Origin: the human T2T-CHM13v2.0 reference genome, Homo sapiens
DNA length: 64,000 nt
Assembly: GCF_009914755.1 (NCBI RefSeq)
Contig: NC_060935.1
Direction: 5' to 3' (one strand)
The number at the start of each line of letters is the position of its first letter. Within the stretch, counting starts at the first letter, position 1. Made by a program: the position numbers and the translations under genes. Below, one piece after another: positions 24,273 to 40,360 of the stretch. Below the pieces are notes generated by a model that was given only the letters and a program-made list of their open reading frames with translations, searched no databases and was not told where the DNA came from.

Positions 24273-26840
24273 ATCTGAGTCTTGAGAATTAGAATACTTT
24301 CCATTCAGTACTATGTTTCATTATGCTGAAAAGCTGTCACATTCTCATCAGGGCACCTTTAGCTAATAGGAGGTACCAAAGATGAGAGCATTAAGATAGA
24401 CAGAGGATGGAAATCAGAGACAAGTTATCTGTGTTTCTTTTCCATCTGCTGCTCCATAGTACATTTGCAGTCTTGGTCAAATCACCTAATATCTTGATTC
24501 CCAATATCTAAATGCAGAAATTGAAGTGCCCTGCCTACAATCTCACACAGATATCGCTAGGAATAAATAAGGGAGGTAAGAGGAAGTATTTTATAAATTG
24601 GAAGGCATTATTAAAAAATGCATTCTAGCAGTAGTATTTTGCTAATACTACTTAGCAAAGACTTAGTGATTATATATCGGAAAAACTGTGTGATGATCAG
24701 CCCTATCTAGTAGGTACGATTATTGTCTCAAAAGAACAATGTAGGGGCCAAGATTAAATGTTATCATTTGATTTGAAGAATATTCTTATAAACACCCATT
24801 TGGATTTGGTTCAATTTACTAATATTTTAGTTAATATATTTTTTCTCTCCCTGCACCCCAAATCTAATTAATTTTACAGTAAAAACAAAGGTTGAAAGGT
24901 TCAAAAAATTAGTGCAGTTTCTTCTGGATTTGGGTTTATGATTAGACTTTTTCAAGATGCATTTTAAAAATATTCTTTCAGTTAAAAATCTACTCCCAAT
25001 GTGATCTTTGAATTTTCATAATTTTAAAAATTAGAATCTCTGGAAACCTCATTACATTTTTTTAACACTCTAAAATAATTCTTGAGATATATCACATTTT
25101 TTACAAGTTTTGAAAAATTTCTCATCTCTAGATAGGTATTTTTAGTAAGACTCTTGACTTATTATTTATGCTGTAATCATCTCCTAATAAAATCTTTTTG
25201 GTCTTTAGAAGATCTAACTTTCTTGTCTTCAATAAACCACACTGAATTGGTTAAAGCAGATTATAAATTATAAGGAGGGAGGGGAGAGATCAGAAGTGGT
25301 TCAGAGGTATGGTAAGAATGTGGCCAAAACTCAAATAATAATAAATAAGAGTAATGACATTTTCATCTCACTAGCTAGTTAATTGACATTTTTGGTTCAC
25401 CAGTTTCACAGTGAATAATAACTATTCCTAAATAAGACATAGTAAGCATAGCCACAATGTTGAGGTGAAAATATATTTAACTTCAGAATGTTCATCTTTT
25501 AATTCCAGCTACTTAATCTACTTCTAGATCTCAATGTAGAACTGTTAACTGATTCCCTATTTTCATAGTATACTACTCATATGCATTGTTTATTAGTTTT
25601 TGTATCTGTTGCTTCACTATTACTGAAGAGGAAGTACTTTCTAAATTGGAAGGCATTATAAAAACGTGTTCTAGTAGTAGTATTTTGTTAACCAATGAAG
25701 CTATAAATTCACTGGTTATTAGAGAAGATCCACTGAGAAACTTTGTAATATTGAACATCAAGATCTTAGGTCTAACTCTAAGAAAAGTTAATGTAATTTC
25801 AGGCTTTGAAGAGTCTGAGAACTATTCTGGTAAAATCAGAAATATCAGATTTCCAGATCCTGGAAATCAAAAATAATTCAGGACATGAGAAATCTTCAAC
25901 ACATCCTGGATTTTTAAACAAGTCTTTAAAAAACATAAAAGTGATCACTTTTAAAACCTTAGCTACAACAGTGGGAAGATAAGAATCAATGAAAATGTAC
26001 ATTGTGGACAAAGTTTGTTTTTTTTTTCTGGAAGAGAAGTCATGGGTCATAGATTAAGAAGAATACTCTTTGTTTCTGGGGCATTGTGCTCCCCAAATCG
26101 CAGTAATTAAATTCACCAAGAATATAAATCTTTCACTTTCTTTCACTCTCACCTTCTTTCTTTAGATCCTAGTTATTCCTTCATGGTTCTATTTTCACTA
26201 TCAAGGTATATGTTTAATGAACAATTAAAATTGCTCTAATAATGGATTATTCATCACCTATTATCAGAAAAATATACAATGATATCTGACAGTATTATAG
26301 ACATCATATTTATTGACTCAGTATAATTGAAATTTTAATGAACTATAAAAATCTAAAATTTTTAATTTTAACAGGTGAAAAATATGTGGTATGAGCACCT
26401 TTCCTACATTCACAGTGGCCATTGATAATTGGATATAAAACTCTTTCCTGTGACCCAGCATATCACCTAAGAGTCTTTGTCAAAACCTACCTGCATTTAG
26501 TGTCCTTTCCTTAACAATCGAATCTAAAATATTATCTTTATCTTTAATCTTTCAACATAAAATGATCATTTTCTTTATCTTTTATTGAGTGGTTTAATAG
26601 TATAAAGTAGAAATCCAATCAACACTTTAAAACAACCCTCAGTTTCTGATTAGTTTGGTAGTAATGGTGGTTGTAGGTCTTGGTATATTTGGTTGCCCTG
26701 AGAGGTGAACCTGTGTCATAAGTCTATGATGGTATGATTGGCTGTAATAGATTGGATAATGCACTACATCACTCACAACCCATCACCTATAGAGTGAAGA
26801 GTGTTGCATAATAACCACAGTAATTTAATCTTTGCAGTCC

Positions 26841-26888
26841 TTTTTTTTTTAAATGGAGTCTCTCTCTGTCACCCAGGCTGGAGTGCAG
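26841..26888 (-). mobile_element. Alu 3' stub (~50 nt)
   Basis: T-tract followed by ATGGAGTCTCTCTCTGTCACCCAGGCTGGAGTGCAG. Confidence 0.88.
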
Positions 26889-27175
26889 GTAAGTCGAAAG
26901 ATAGGAAATTGGAATTCTCTTTCTATATATCTGTGATATGATAGGGACTCACAGATATATAGAAAGAGAATTACAAGTTATAGAAGAGAATTCCAAAGTT
27001 AGGAAGCTGGAATTCTCTTTCTATATATCCGTGATATGATAGAGACTCACAGATACACAGAAAGAGAATTCCAGCTTCCTAACTTTTGACTCACTTGCAG
27101 GCTTATATATAGGTGAGTCAAAAGTTAGGAAGTTGGAATTCTCTTTCTATATATCTGTGAGTCTCTATCATATCA
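26886..27175. repeat. Alternating direct/inverted array of a ~65-bp unit (F-R-F-R-F)
   Basis: Perfect 24-bp stem 26913-26936/26949-26972. Further stems 26995-27034/27047-27086 and 27032-27096/27111-27175. Confidence 0.93.
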
Positions 27176-27184
27176 GTAAAGAAC

Positions 27185-27345
27185 AGAGGTGTCTCCCAGT
27201 GAAGGTATGTTGGCATTTGCAGAGGGCAATTCCTTGTTGTGCAGGACTCTCCCTCACATTGAAGGATGTTTAGGCTCTCCCAGTTCCTATTCCTTAAGTT
27301 CAGCCCCTCTAAGTTTCAATGTCTGTGAAAACAAAAAATCCACCT
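27185..27345. mobile_element. MER20-like hAT DNA transposon remnant
   Basis: GGCAATTCCTTGTTGTGCAGGACTCTCCCTCACATTGAAGGATGTTTAG resembles the MER20 core. Confidence 0.55.
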
Positions 27346-27481
27346 TTTTTTATTTCTAGGCTGTAAGCATAGTAAAAAAGTATTGTGTTATGCTAATTAC
27401 TATGCTCTTAAAGATATATATACACATATGTCTTATGTATATATATATGATACATATATCTTATATGTATATATAGATGCA

Positions 27482-27514
<33 letters not shown>

Positions 27515-29168
27515 GTATATTTATTTATTTATTTATTTATTAGATGCCTCATAAACCAGCCATTACATCTAGCCAAAGATTTTTATCAGGAATACTGAGA
27601 TAAAAGCAAGCATCTAGCCTTGGATACATGGTGGATAAAGGTGCATATTCTGCAGATAAAGCAATAGATAGCCAAAGGTGAATTCAAATTCATTTTTAAA
27701 TAAAATCCACAAAAATTAAGGGCTTTGATAAATGAATCTTTCACATGCCTAAGCTTGTTTTCTTGTTTGTTTTTAACCTCCACAGTTTCATGCTGTTTTC
27801 TTATCAAAGAAAGATGGTTACTTCCGTGGTGTATTAGAATGAATAACCATAATGACAAGAGAGAATGATGTTCTACAAGGATAATTCTAAAGTGTGGTGA
27901 GATACATCTTGATTGAAAAGAAGGAAAATACAGCTTAATAATACAGGAAAATAAAAATATAGGAAATATAAAGCCTAATAATAGAAACAGAACACATTCA
28001 ATGTGTCCCTTTCTTAACCACATTGCTTTAAAGAGCTAAACAGATGTTGTAACCATGGTAAGGAGGCAAAAGGCCATATGTCATATATAACACTGCCACT
28101 CCTTTCTTCTCTGGGAAGCTAGGTTGTTAGTTGTTCCCGGTCAGACTCAGGAGATGGCAGGTTACAACAATAAAATGATTACTGATACTTACGGAACTCA
28201 GTGTTGCACTCTTTGTCTCTGTTAATCTTCATGTAACTCTTGTCTGGCTGCCCTCCAGGGAGCAGCCTCTAATTCGGTTCCACCTCAGCCTCGATGCAGA
28301 ACTCTGGGATTTGCAGCATTCTGCCCCAGAGCAAACCCTCCTCCATGAAACACTGAGCAAGAGAATGTAATGAAGATTTCACAGGGGACTGAGCAGATAG
28401 TTCACATCTCATAGAACACAGCAGAGCAAACAACTTAATGCATTTCTCCATTGGATGTTTTTATTTTCATCTGAAATCCCTTCTTTAACGACCAGACATT
28501 AGGTTTTCTCTCTCTTTCTCCCTGCCTTTCATAGCTCCACTATGACTTATGATGCTGGTTCACTTATCAGGGCAACCAAATATGCCAAGATCCACATCCA
28601 ATATTACTAACAAGCTAATCAAACTAATCAACCCAGCTGTGGCCCCAAATTTGTAAATAATGCTTTGCAAAACAAAAATCCCTGTAGTTAATGGGGTTCT
28701 CCATTTTTATTAAGTGGCTAAAAAAATCATCATACCTTCATCTAGCTGGCCTTTTGGGGGTACAGGCAGTATCTCCCATTTCACCCTTGCACACACACTC
28801 TTCAAGCAGTTTATCCAAGTACCCATCACTGTACCAAGTGAGCTCAGATATTCACCACAGAGGAAGAGGAGGGAATTGAGAATCAACGTCTTGGATCCTA
28901 GCTCTTAACAAGGTTGAATGTTTATTCAAGACTTATCTGAGCATCAGATTTTTATTTAAACGTTGATAATAAAATAGAAATATAAAACCTTAAGCTTGAC
29001 AAAATTGCTTTGTATGTACTTTACTTCATTTGATCCTTGCAACAATCTTAGCAGAAAGTATTGGGAAATAGTTTCTTTCTTAGCAGAAAGTAAGGGAAAG
29101 TATTGTCCTTAGTTTCCAAATCAGAACATCAGGGAGGTATAAGAACTTGCTCCAAGACACACAGCCGT

Positions 29169-29519
<351 letters not shown>

Positions 29520-30448
29520 CTAGTACCCTTTTTACTTTATTGTGTTACTTTATTCATAGATAGAGGAAAGTAAAAGTATGTTCTAGATATTTGTTAAAAT
29601 AATTAATATCAGAAGTAAATGGCTCCACTCCAAGAGAGAAGAGAAAAAGTAAAAAAGCCATTATTTTAGACTTAAAACTGAACTGGAAAAAATATTTTCA
29701 AGCATAGTATGAAGCTGACAATCAACAAGTTCATTGATTAAACATCCTTTTCCATCATCAATTTTCATAATTTTTTGAGAGAGGAAGGTACTCTTTATCT
29801 AGAGAGTTTTCACCATTTATTATCAAGGTTTCAGATTTTTACTGTATCATTACTCGAAATGGCAGTCACCTAGCCCATGGAATTAAATCTGCTATGTAAC
29901 GTTCCTCAATTAGGCATTTAATACCCTCATTCAGGAGGCACAAGATCAGTTTCTTTGTCACTATTAATATGCCACCTGGCCTCAGAAATGGAGTCTGGGA
30001 GATAGCTTTATAAACAGAAGCCTAACACATCATATGAACACAAAGACAAGAAAATGAAAAAAGAGAACTTAGGGCTCTTTTTATATAGATTTCTAGGAAC
30101 AAGTACAAGATCGGTTAGTTCTCCCTTTTTACTCAAAACTTAATGAGACAGTCGAGTATAGCCATGAGTCTATTCCACAATGAAATAAACCTGGATGTCA
30201 AGATCACCTTTCCTACCATCTGCAGTGAACTCCGTTGCCACCAGTTTACAGATTATGGAAAAACTTGATCAGATGAAGAGGAAAAAAATGTTTGAAAGAG
30301 AAGTAAGTCACATAATAACAATTAATCTTTGCTAGGTATTTTGAACCTGGGATTCATCAGAGGATGCATAACACTCCGAAATGACTCTCGAAAATATATT
30401 TCTTCTTTGCTCTGGGGAAGGACATGTAGTTTTCATAAAACTCTCAGA

Positions 30449-30761
<313 letters not shown>

Positions 30762-32388
30762 TCAAAATCCAAAGAAAGGAAAGCTGTTCAGTCTGAAGAT
30801 GGATTCAGCTCCTGGGTCATCTGACTCAAAACTTAATCTCTCATTTGCAGATTTGCATCCAACACTTTACCTCATTTAATCACTTCCTTTTCTTTAGGTT
30901 GGCATTGTAATAACTCATGATAAACATGTTTCACCCAGTTTTGACTGCAGACATGAGATTTTGTGCCCAGACTTTGAAACTTCTCTGCTCAGAGACCTTT
31001 CAGCTTTTTTTTGTTTTGTTTTGTTCTTGGCTTCCATGGCCTTAACCATGGAAAACCCCTACAGTTAAACTTTCATTGGAAAGACCTCTTTGAGCTCTAA
31101 ACTTGTTATATTCAATTTCCTACTGGATATCTCCACTTAGGCTTCACCCAGATGTTTAAAGTTTAATATAATCAAAATAAACCTCAACACTGTACTATAG
31201 TACCATGACCCCCACATTTGGAGTTTTCACATCCCTGCCAACACTTAGCCTTGTACAGCATTCTAATATTTGCCAATCTGATGGGTATAAATCTTGCATA
31301 ATTAGCATTTTTCTAATTGCTATTGAGTTTGAGTAATTATTTGTTTGCATGTCCATCTCCCAATTAGACTGTAAATTCCCTGCAGATAGAGACCATGGGT
31401 TCTCATTTTCATTTCCCTAGTTTCCAAAACAGTATGTGGAACATGCTCAAGATCAATAACTTTCTATTTACTAAGTGAGTAGATGAATGAACTCATCAGA
31501 ATCTCAGAGATTGCTGAAAAAGTGGCCTCTAGTTAAACAGAAGTGGGCTGTATATATCAAATCCAGGTTTAATCAAAGCTAAATATAGAGAATTGACACA
31601 ATTTACTTTTAAAAAGTTGTAAGTAAGGTTACTTTTGAAACTCCTCTGACTAAGTCTCAATAAATTCAATTTTCTTCTCAGTGTGTGGCACAGGGGAAAG
31701 AAGATGATTTTCAGAGTCAGGCATGTCTGTTTTTGCATCATGGCTCTGACCTGTACTACATTTGTGACCTGAGGCAAGTAATTTAAACTCGGGGGAAAAT
31801 AATACCTATTTCACAGAACTAATTTATAAATTGTATTTGAACATAGCAGTGTATTGTGTTTGGTATGTGGTATATTAGGTGGTCAGTAAATGTTAGCTGT
31901 TGTCATTTTTGTTGTAAGAATTTCATAAAATTTCAAAGTACAATTTAAATTGAATTTCCATTCTGTTCTACATGAGTTATCTTAAAGAGAAGTACACTAC
32001 CTATTCTATGTGCTCTGCAATGCCATTAATTGATTATTGCCATTTTCAGGATGACTGACTTATTGATGATAAACAGCTTCATTGAAGTGCTGGTTTTTAA
32101 ATCATAAGTTTCTGACATGAAAAAAATCTGAAGATCTTATTTTTTTTTCTTCTGATACCATTTTCTCATTAAAAACAAAAAAAGAAAGAAGAACTTTAAG
32201 GGAGCATATTTAGCACTATTATGATTGTAATTGTGACTTATTTAAGTCAAATTTTAAACAATTTATTAAGTGTGTGTTGAGTGTATTATGTTTAGTATAA
32301 CAACGTGTATCCATCGGTTTTGTTGCAAAGATGCTTCCTGAGAAACCACTCTAAATTCAATGGCCTACGACAACAAATCATTTATTCT

Positions 32389-33109
32389 TTTAAAAATTAT
32401 TTATTATTTTATTTTTTGCATCTTTTTTATTATTATAACTTTAAGTTCTGGGATACATGTGCAGACTGTGCAGGTTTGTTACGTAGGTATACACGTGCCA
32501 TGGTGGTTTGCTGCATCCATCATCCCATCATCTAGGTTTTAAGCCCCACTTGCGTACGTAATTGTCCTAATGCTATCCCTCCCCTTGCCCACCACCCCCA
32601 ACAGGCCCTGGTGTGTGATATTCCCCTCCCTGTGTTCTCATTGTTCGGCTCCCACTTAAGAGTGAGAACATGTGGTGTTTGGTTTTCTGTTCCTGCGTTA
32701 GTTTGCCAAGAATGAGGGTTTCCAGCTTCATCCATGTCCCTGCAAATGACATGAACTCATTCTTTATTATGGCTGTATAGTACTCCATCGTGTATATGTA
32801 CCACATTTTCTGTATCCAGTCTATCACTGATGGGCATTTGGGTTGGATCCAAGTCTTTGATATTGTAAATAGTGCTACAATAAACATGTGTGCATGTGTC
32901 TTTATAGTAGAATGATTTATAATCCTTTGGGTGTATACTCAGTAATGGGATTACTGGGTTAAATGGTATTTCTGGTTCTAGATCATTGAGGAATCATCAC
33001 ACAAAAGGGTTCCTATGTCTCCACATCCTCTCCAGCATCTGTTGTTTCCTGACTTTTTAATGGTCACCATTCTAACTGATGTGAGATGGTATCTCATTGT
33101 AGTTTTGAT
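32389..33109 (-). mobile_element. 5'-truncated L1PA (about PA7-8) inserted in an MLT1-type LTR (about 32300-33360)
   Basis: L1PA 3' UTR and ORF2 end; 17-bp TSD aacaaatcatttattct at 32372 and 33110. Confidence 0.9.
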
Positions 33110-34294
33110 AACAAATCATTTATTCTCAGACCCACATTTATATGTCGACTAAGCTCTGGCTATACCAGACTGGCCTCGGCTTGGCTTGGTTCCAAACTAC
33201 AGGCTGTGATCAGATCTACTATATATGCTTTTTATTCTCCATGGACTAATGAGCTACCCATGACATGCTTTTCTTAAAGCAATAGCAGAGGTGCAGAAAG
33301 CAGGCCCAACCACAGCACATTGGTATTTGAGGATTTACCTGTGATATCACTAGTGATGTACAGGCTTAGTGGAGGAGGTAATACTGTACTTCAAGCAGGC
33401 ACAATTTCAACAGATAGAAGGAGAAAGCAAATGAACCTTAGTCAAGCACTTATTATACATCAGGCACTCCATGTAAGTCATTGTATTTATTTCTCATAAC
33501 AACCTTGTGTGAAGTGGTTGTCATTATCTTCTTTTATGAGTGAAGAAACAGAGGCTTAGAGATATGAAATAACTTGTTTGGGTCAAAAAGTTAGTGGTGG
33601 GGCTGAGGTTCAAAACCGTGTACCCAGAGGCTATGTTTCATCCTATGCTAACTCAAGAAATAGCGTAAAAGTACATTTCAAGGTGCAGAAAAGCAAAAGC
33701 TTGAAAGTGGGAAAACACGGGACATATTTTGGCATTGGCAGCTAACCCTGTTGGGAAAGTTTGGTGTAAAAGCCAAAGGCATGGAAGACAAGGCCACTCA
33801 GATTGCACAACAGGCTAATTTGTGTTTAATTTTGAGCAGACTCTGAAGAACCATTGAACAGAAAATAGGTAGTTCAGAGATGCACTTTGGAAAGATTAAT
33901 TCATCAGGTTATATGGAAGATAGGGAAACATTTGGAACTTTGCAGACAACTCAAGAAGTCATCACAATAATTGGAGTGGTAATGAGGGCTGAACTAAATT
34001 GGTGATGTGGAAACAGAAAAGAAGAGACAGATTGTGGAGGACACAAGCCAGGCAGAACAAACAATTTCCTGGCAACCTGTTGGATAGGGTAACTAGAGAA
34101 AGGAAAGAGCCAAGAATAACTCAAATATTGTGCAGGGATAACTACAAAAATGGTAGTGCCATTAATAAATGTAGAAAGGACAGAAAGAAGAGCTAGATTG
34201 AGGGAAAAAGAATGAGTTCTGTTTTTGACATGTTAGCATTGAGGACAAAACTATTTGAAATGCCTGACAGTCATAAAAAAGGTTGACAATAAGC

Positions 34295-35580
34295 TGTCGA
34301 TTAGAATATGTTCTTACCTTCTTTCATACTAATAGAATTGTAGCTAAGCTATATGGCAATATATTCCCCCAGACCACTTAGATTTATCTAACATGACTAA
34401 ATTCTCACAAATGTTGTGTGAACAGAAGTCATACCTGTCTCCTTTAGACTTCTATGTGTGCACCTCCATGCTCTTTAGGCTTAAATGTTGATGACCAGAG
34501 CCACCTTGGAAGTCACATGCTGAAGGTTATAAAGCTACTAATTGCTAACCCCCTGCAACACCCTCCCTAGAATGTTTCATGAATGTTCTATAATAAATAA
34601 ACATCTATAGTCCTTAAGAAATGAAAATCTATAGTCCCTAAGATTTTTTTTGATTCTTTTATTCTTAACAGTGCAGACCACCGTTACTATTTCAGCAGTT
34701 AGTACCTTGCAGTCAGATTGTCATAAGAGAAACCCAAACTATGTGACATTAGATTAGCAGTTAAACTTGAAATCTGGAATTCTTGGATGCTGTGGTCAAA
34801 TGTTTTGCAAGTCAATTGCTTGTAATAAATCAGAGGGCAAGAACAAGTGCTTACCTAACTTAAAGCTCTAAGGAAAGTATTTGGAAAAAAGTGAAAATTT
34901 CCTGTGTTGGCTGCTCCTTTTTGCTTTTATCAAGGTATAAAAAAAGATGAAGAACCTAGTCAAAAATTGATAGGTTTGCTAGCAAAGATGGAAGGGAAGA
35001 AAGTACAGACATTTAGGACCATGTCTACCTACTCTTTTCTGGTTTGGAAAAGCTTCTGCATCTCACATAGCAGGAGATAAGACATCTATAGCTCAAGTGC
35101 CTCCTGAGAAGACTTCCTGGTCAAAGAAAAGGAACTACCTACAAGAAAAGCACATTGAAATATGGAGATGCCAGTCAAGCATCTATTCAGATGGCCTTAT
35201 TGGAGGCCAATTAAGGTAAGAGAGAGGCACAGGGGCAAGAGAGCAAGGAAATAGCAGAAGGCAAGAATGTTAGTACATGCAGCTGGCAAAATCCGAACAT
35301 TTTTGAGTGAATTATATTGCTAAAGAAAACCCTGAGCCTAGTCTGAAAAAGCTTTTGACTGTTTAAACAAACTTTGGGCTTTCAAATTTATCCCAAAGAT
35401 GAATATCCCTCAGGAAAGGCATAGTCCCGTAGTAGTCATTTTTAGATGCAAGATGGGAGGTAGTAGTCAAAGAAGTGCTTATCTCTATCAGAGAGCCAAG
35501 TGAAGGTCCACGGAAAACAATGGGTGAGAGAATTCTTCCCAGAAAGCACAACTAGGGTTTACTTAAAGAAATTCCTTCAC
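34295..35580 (+). mobile_element. Old MaLR (MLT1H/J-like) LTR plus start of internal region
   Basis: CATGACTAAATTCTCACAAATG..GAACAGAAGT LTR motifs, AATAAA near 34593, internal start TAGTACC..CCCAAACTATGTG. Confidence 0.55.
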
Positions 35581-35584
35581 AGCC

Positions 35585-38520
<2,936 letters not shown>

Positions 38521-38829
38521 CTATGACAATATCTGAGAGAATGAATGGATACCAGTTTAGCCCGTTACCTGGAAAGCCAGTCTACCTCATGATGTCATGA
38601 GCCTTGGATTCTGATGCTGCCTCATTTTGCAATTCTCAGTTCAAATTAAATCTCTTGAAAACTTCCATAAGCTCCTCAAGTAAAGTTACATGCTTCTTCT
38701 TCTGGGCTTCTGTTGTATCTTTGAGCTTCAGTTATAATACCCACTGCAACATTCTGACAAGTGTTAAAACAAATAATGTAAAAACATGTCTAAAGATGAA
38801 AATAGAATTTTGATATGTTTTTCCAGCTT

Positions 38830-39118
38830 TTGCACTTTGATTTTTTTTCTTTTTTGAGACAGGGTCTCACTCTATCACCCAGGCCTGAGTGCAGTGGTGC
38901 AATCACGGCACCTTCAATCTCCCTGGGCTCAGTGATCCTCTCACCTCAGCCTATTAGGTATCCGGACCACAGGTGCACACCACTACGCCTAGGTAATTTT
39001 TTAATTTTTTGTAGACATGGGGGTTTTGCCCTGTTGCCCAGGCTGGTCTCAAACTCCTGGATTCAAGCAATCTGCCTGCCTCACTGGGATTACAGGCGTG
39101 AGCCACTGCATCTGGGCT
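38830..39118 (-). mobile_element. AluJ
   Basis: Diverged antisense Alu. Confidence 0.88.
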
Positions 39119-39246
39119 GATGTATTTTTTTTATTTTTAATTTTCTACATATAAATTTGTACAAAAATTTTAAATGAAAGTTTATTATGTGACACCCACA
39201 ATTTTGTACCATGCTGGTTTTCACCTAATATTTTAGAGTGGACATA

Positions 39247-39375
39247 GGCCAAGTGCAGTGGTTCACGCTTGTAATCCCAGCACTTTGGGAGGATGAGGTA
39301 AGAGGGTCTCTTGAGGCCAGGAGTTTGAGACCAGCCTGGGCAACATAGACCCCATCTCTACAAAAATAAATAATT
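39247..39375 (+). mobile_element. FLAM / left Alu monomer
   Basis: Single left arm followed by an A-rich tail. Confidence 0.85.
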
Positions 39376-40082
39376 ATAATTTTGTAGGTATATATAGTGA
39401 AATTTTATATTCACTGTATACATAGTGAATAGAAAATTATAGTGAATAGAAAATTATATATATATATATATGTATATATATAGAGAGAGAGTAAAATTTT
39501 GCTGTTCAGTGTTGTTTTCAAAATTTCTTTAAACTTAGTGAAGTTCTGGTTATTGCTTTTGAGGGCAACCAAAGGAGAAGGGAGCACCTTTGAAATGAGC
39601 AAGGGAAGTTGGAAGGGAGAAGGAAGGGCATTTTTAGACTATGAAACAAGTTAGAGGATAGGAGGATTGAAGTGGAGCAAGCAGGGATATCCTGCCACTT
39701 AGTGTTGTTGCCCTGAGGAGATAAGACCTGGAAAAGGATGGCCATATGATGTACCTAAGGATGTTGGACTGAATCTATTGCCGTTCTTGGCCTAGGCAAA
39801 GATTCCTGTGTCAAACACACAGTAGTCCAGAGAAAAGATGCATGGGCTTCGATGAGGGTGTCCATGGTAGCCTTAATAGAGGAGAGGCTAGAGGTATTTT
39901 CTCTATCTTCTGGGCACTGTAGACCAGGTGCTTCTTAGACTCTAGCACTTCTGAAATTCAGTTTCGTGTCAAATGTATGAGATAGGAACTCAAGGTCAGA
40001 TTTAATTTAATTAAAAGAAAATATAGAAAGGCACCTATATTAAACACCTACATTTAGAGACCAGGATTTATACCTACTATAA

Positions 40083-40360
40083 TTTTTGTTTTTTTGAGAC
40101 AATGTCTCACTTTGTCACCCAGGCTAGAGTGCAGTGGTGCAATCATGGCTTACTGTAGGTTCGACTTCCCGAGCCTCAGCCTCCCAAGTACATGGGACTA
40201 CAGGTGCATGCCACCAAGCCCAGCTAATTTTTTTACTTTTTGTAGAATCAGGGTTCTGCCATGTGGCCCATGCTTGTCGCAAACCCCTGGGCTCAAGCAA
40301 TCCTCCTGCCTCAGCTTCCCAAAGTGTTAGGATTACAGGCATGAGCCACTGTGCCCGGCC
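40083..40360 (-). mobile_element. AluJ
   Basis: Antisense Alu with a small internal deletion. Confidence 0.9.

Noticed and set aside
25586-25876. 96-aa plus-strand ORF
   Set aside because: Non-ATG start, overlaps the 68-bp duplicated segment, no recognisable homology
27586-28023. 145-aa hydrophobic minus-strand ORF
   Set aside because: F/I/L bias expected from AT-rich DNA; no motif or splice support
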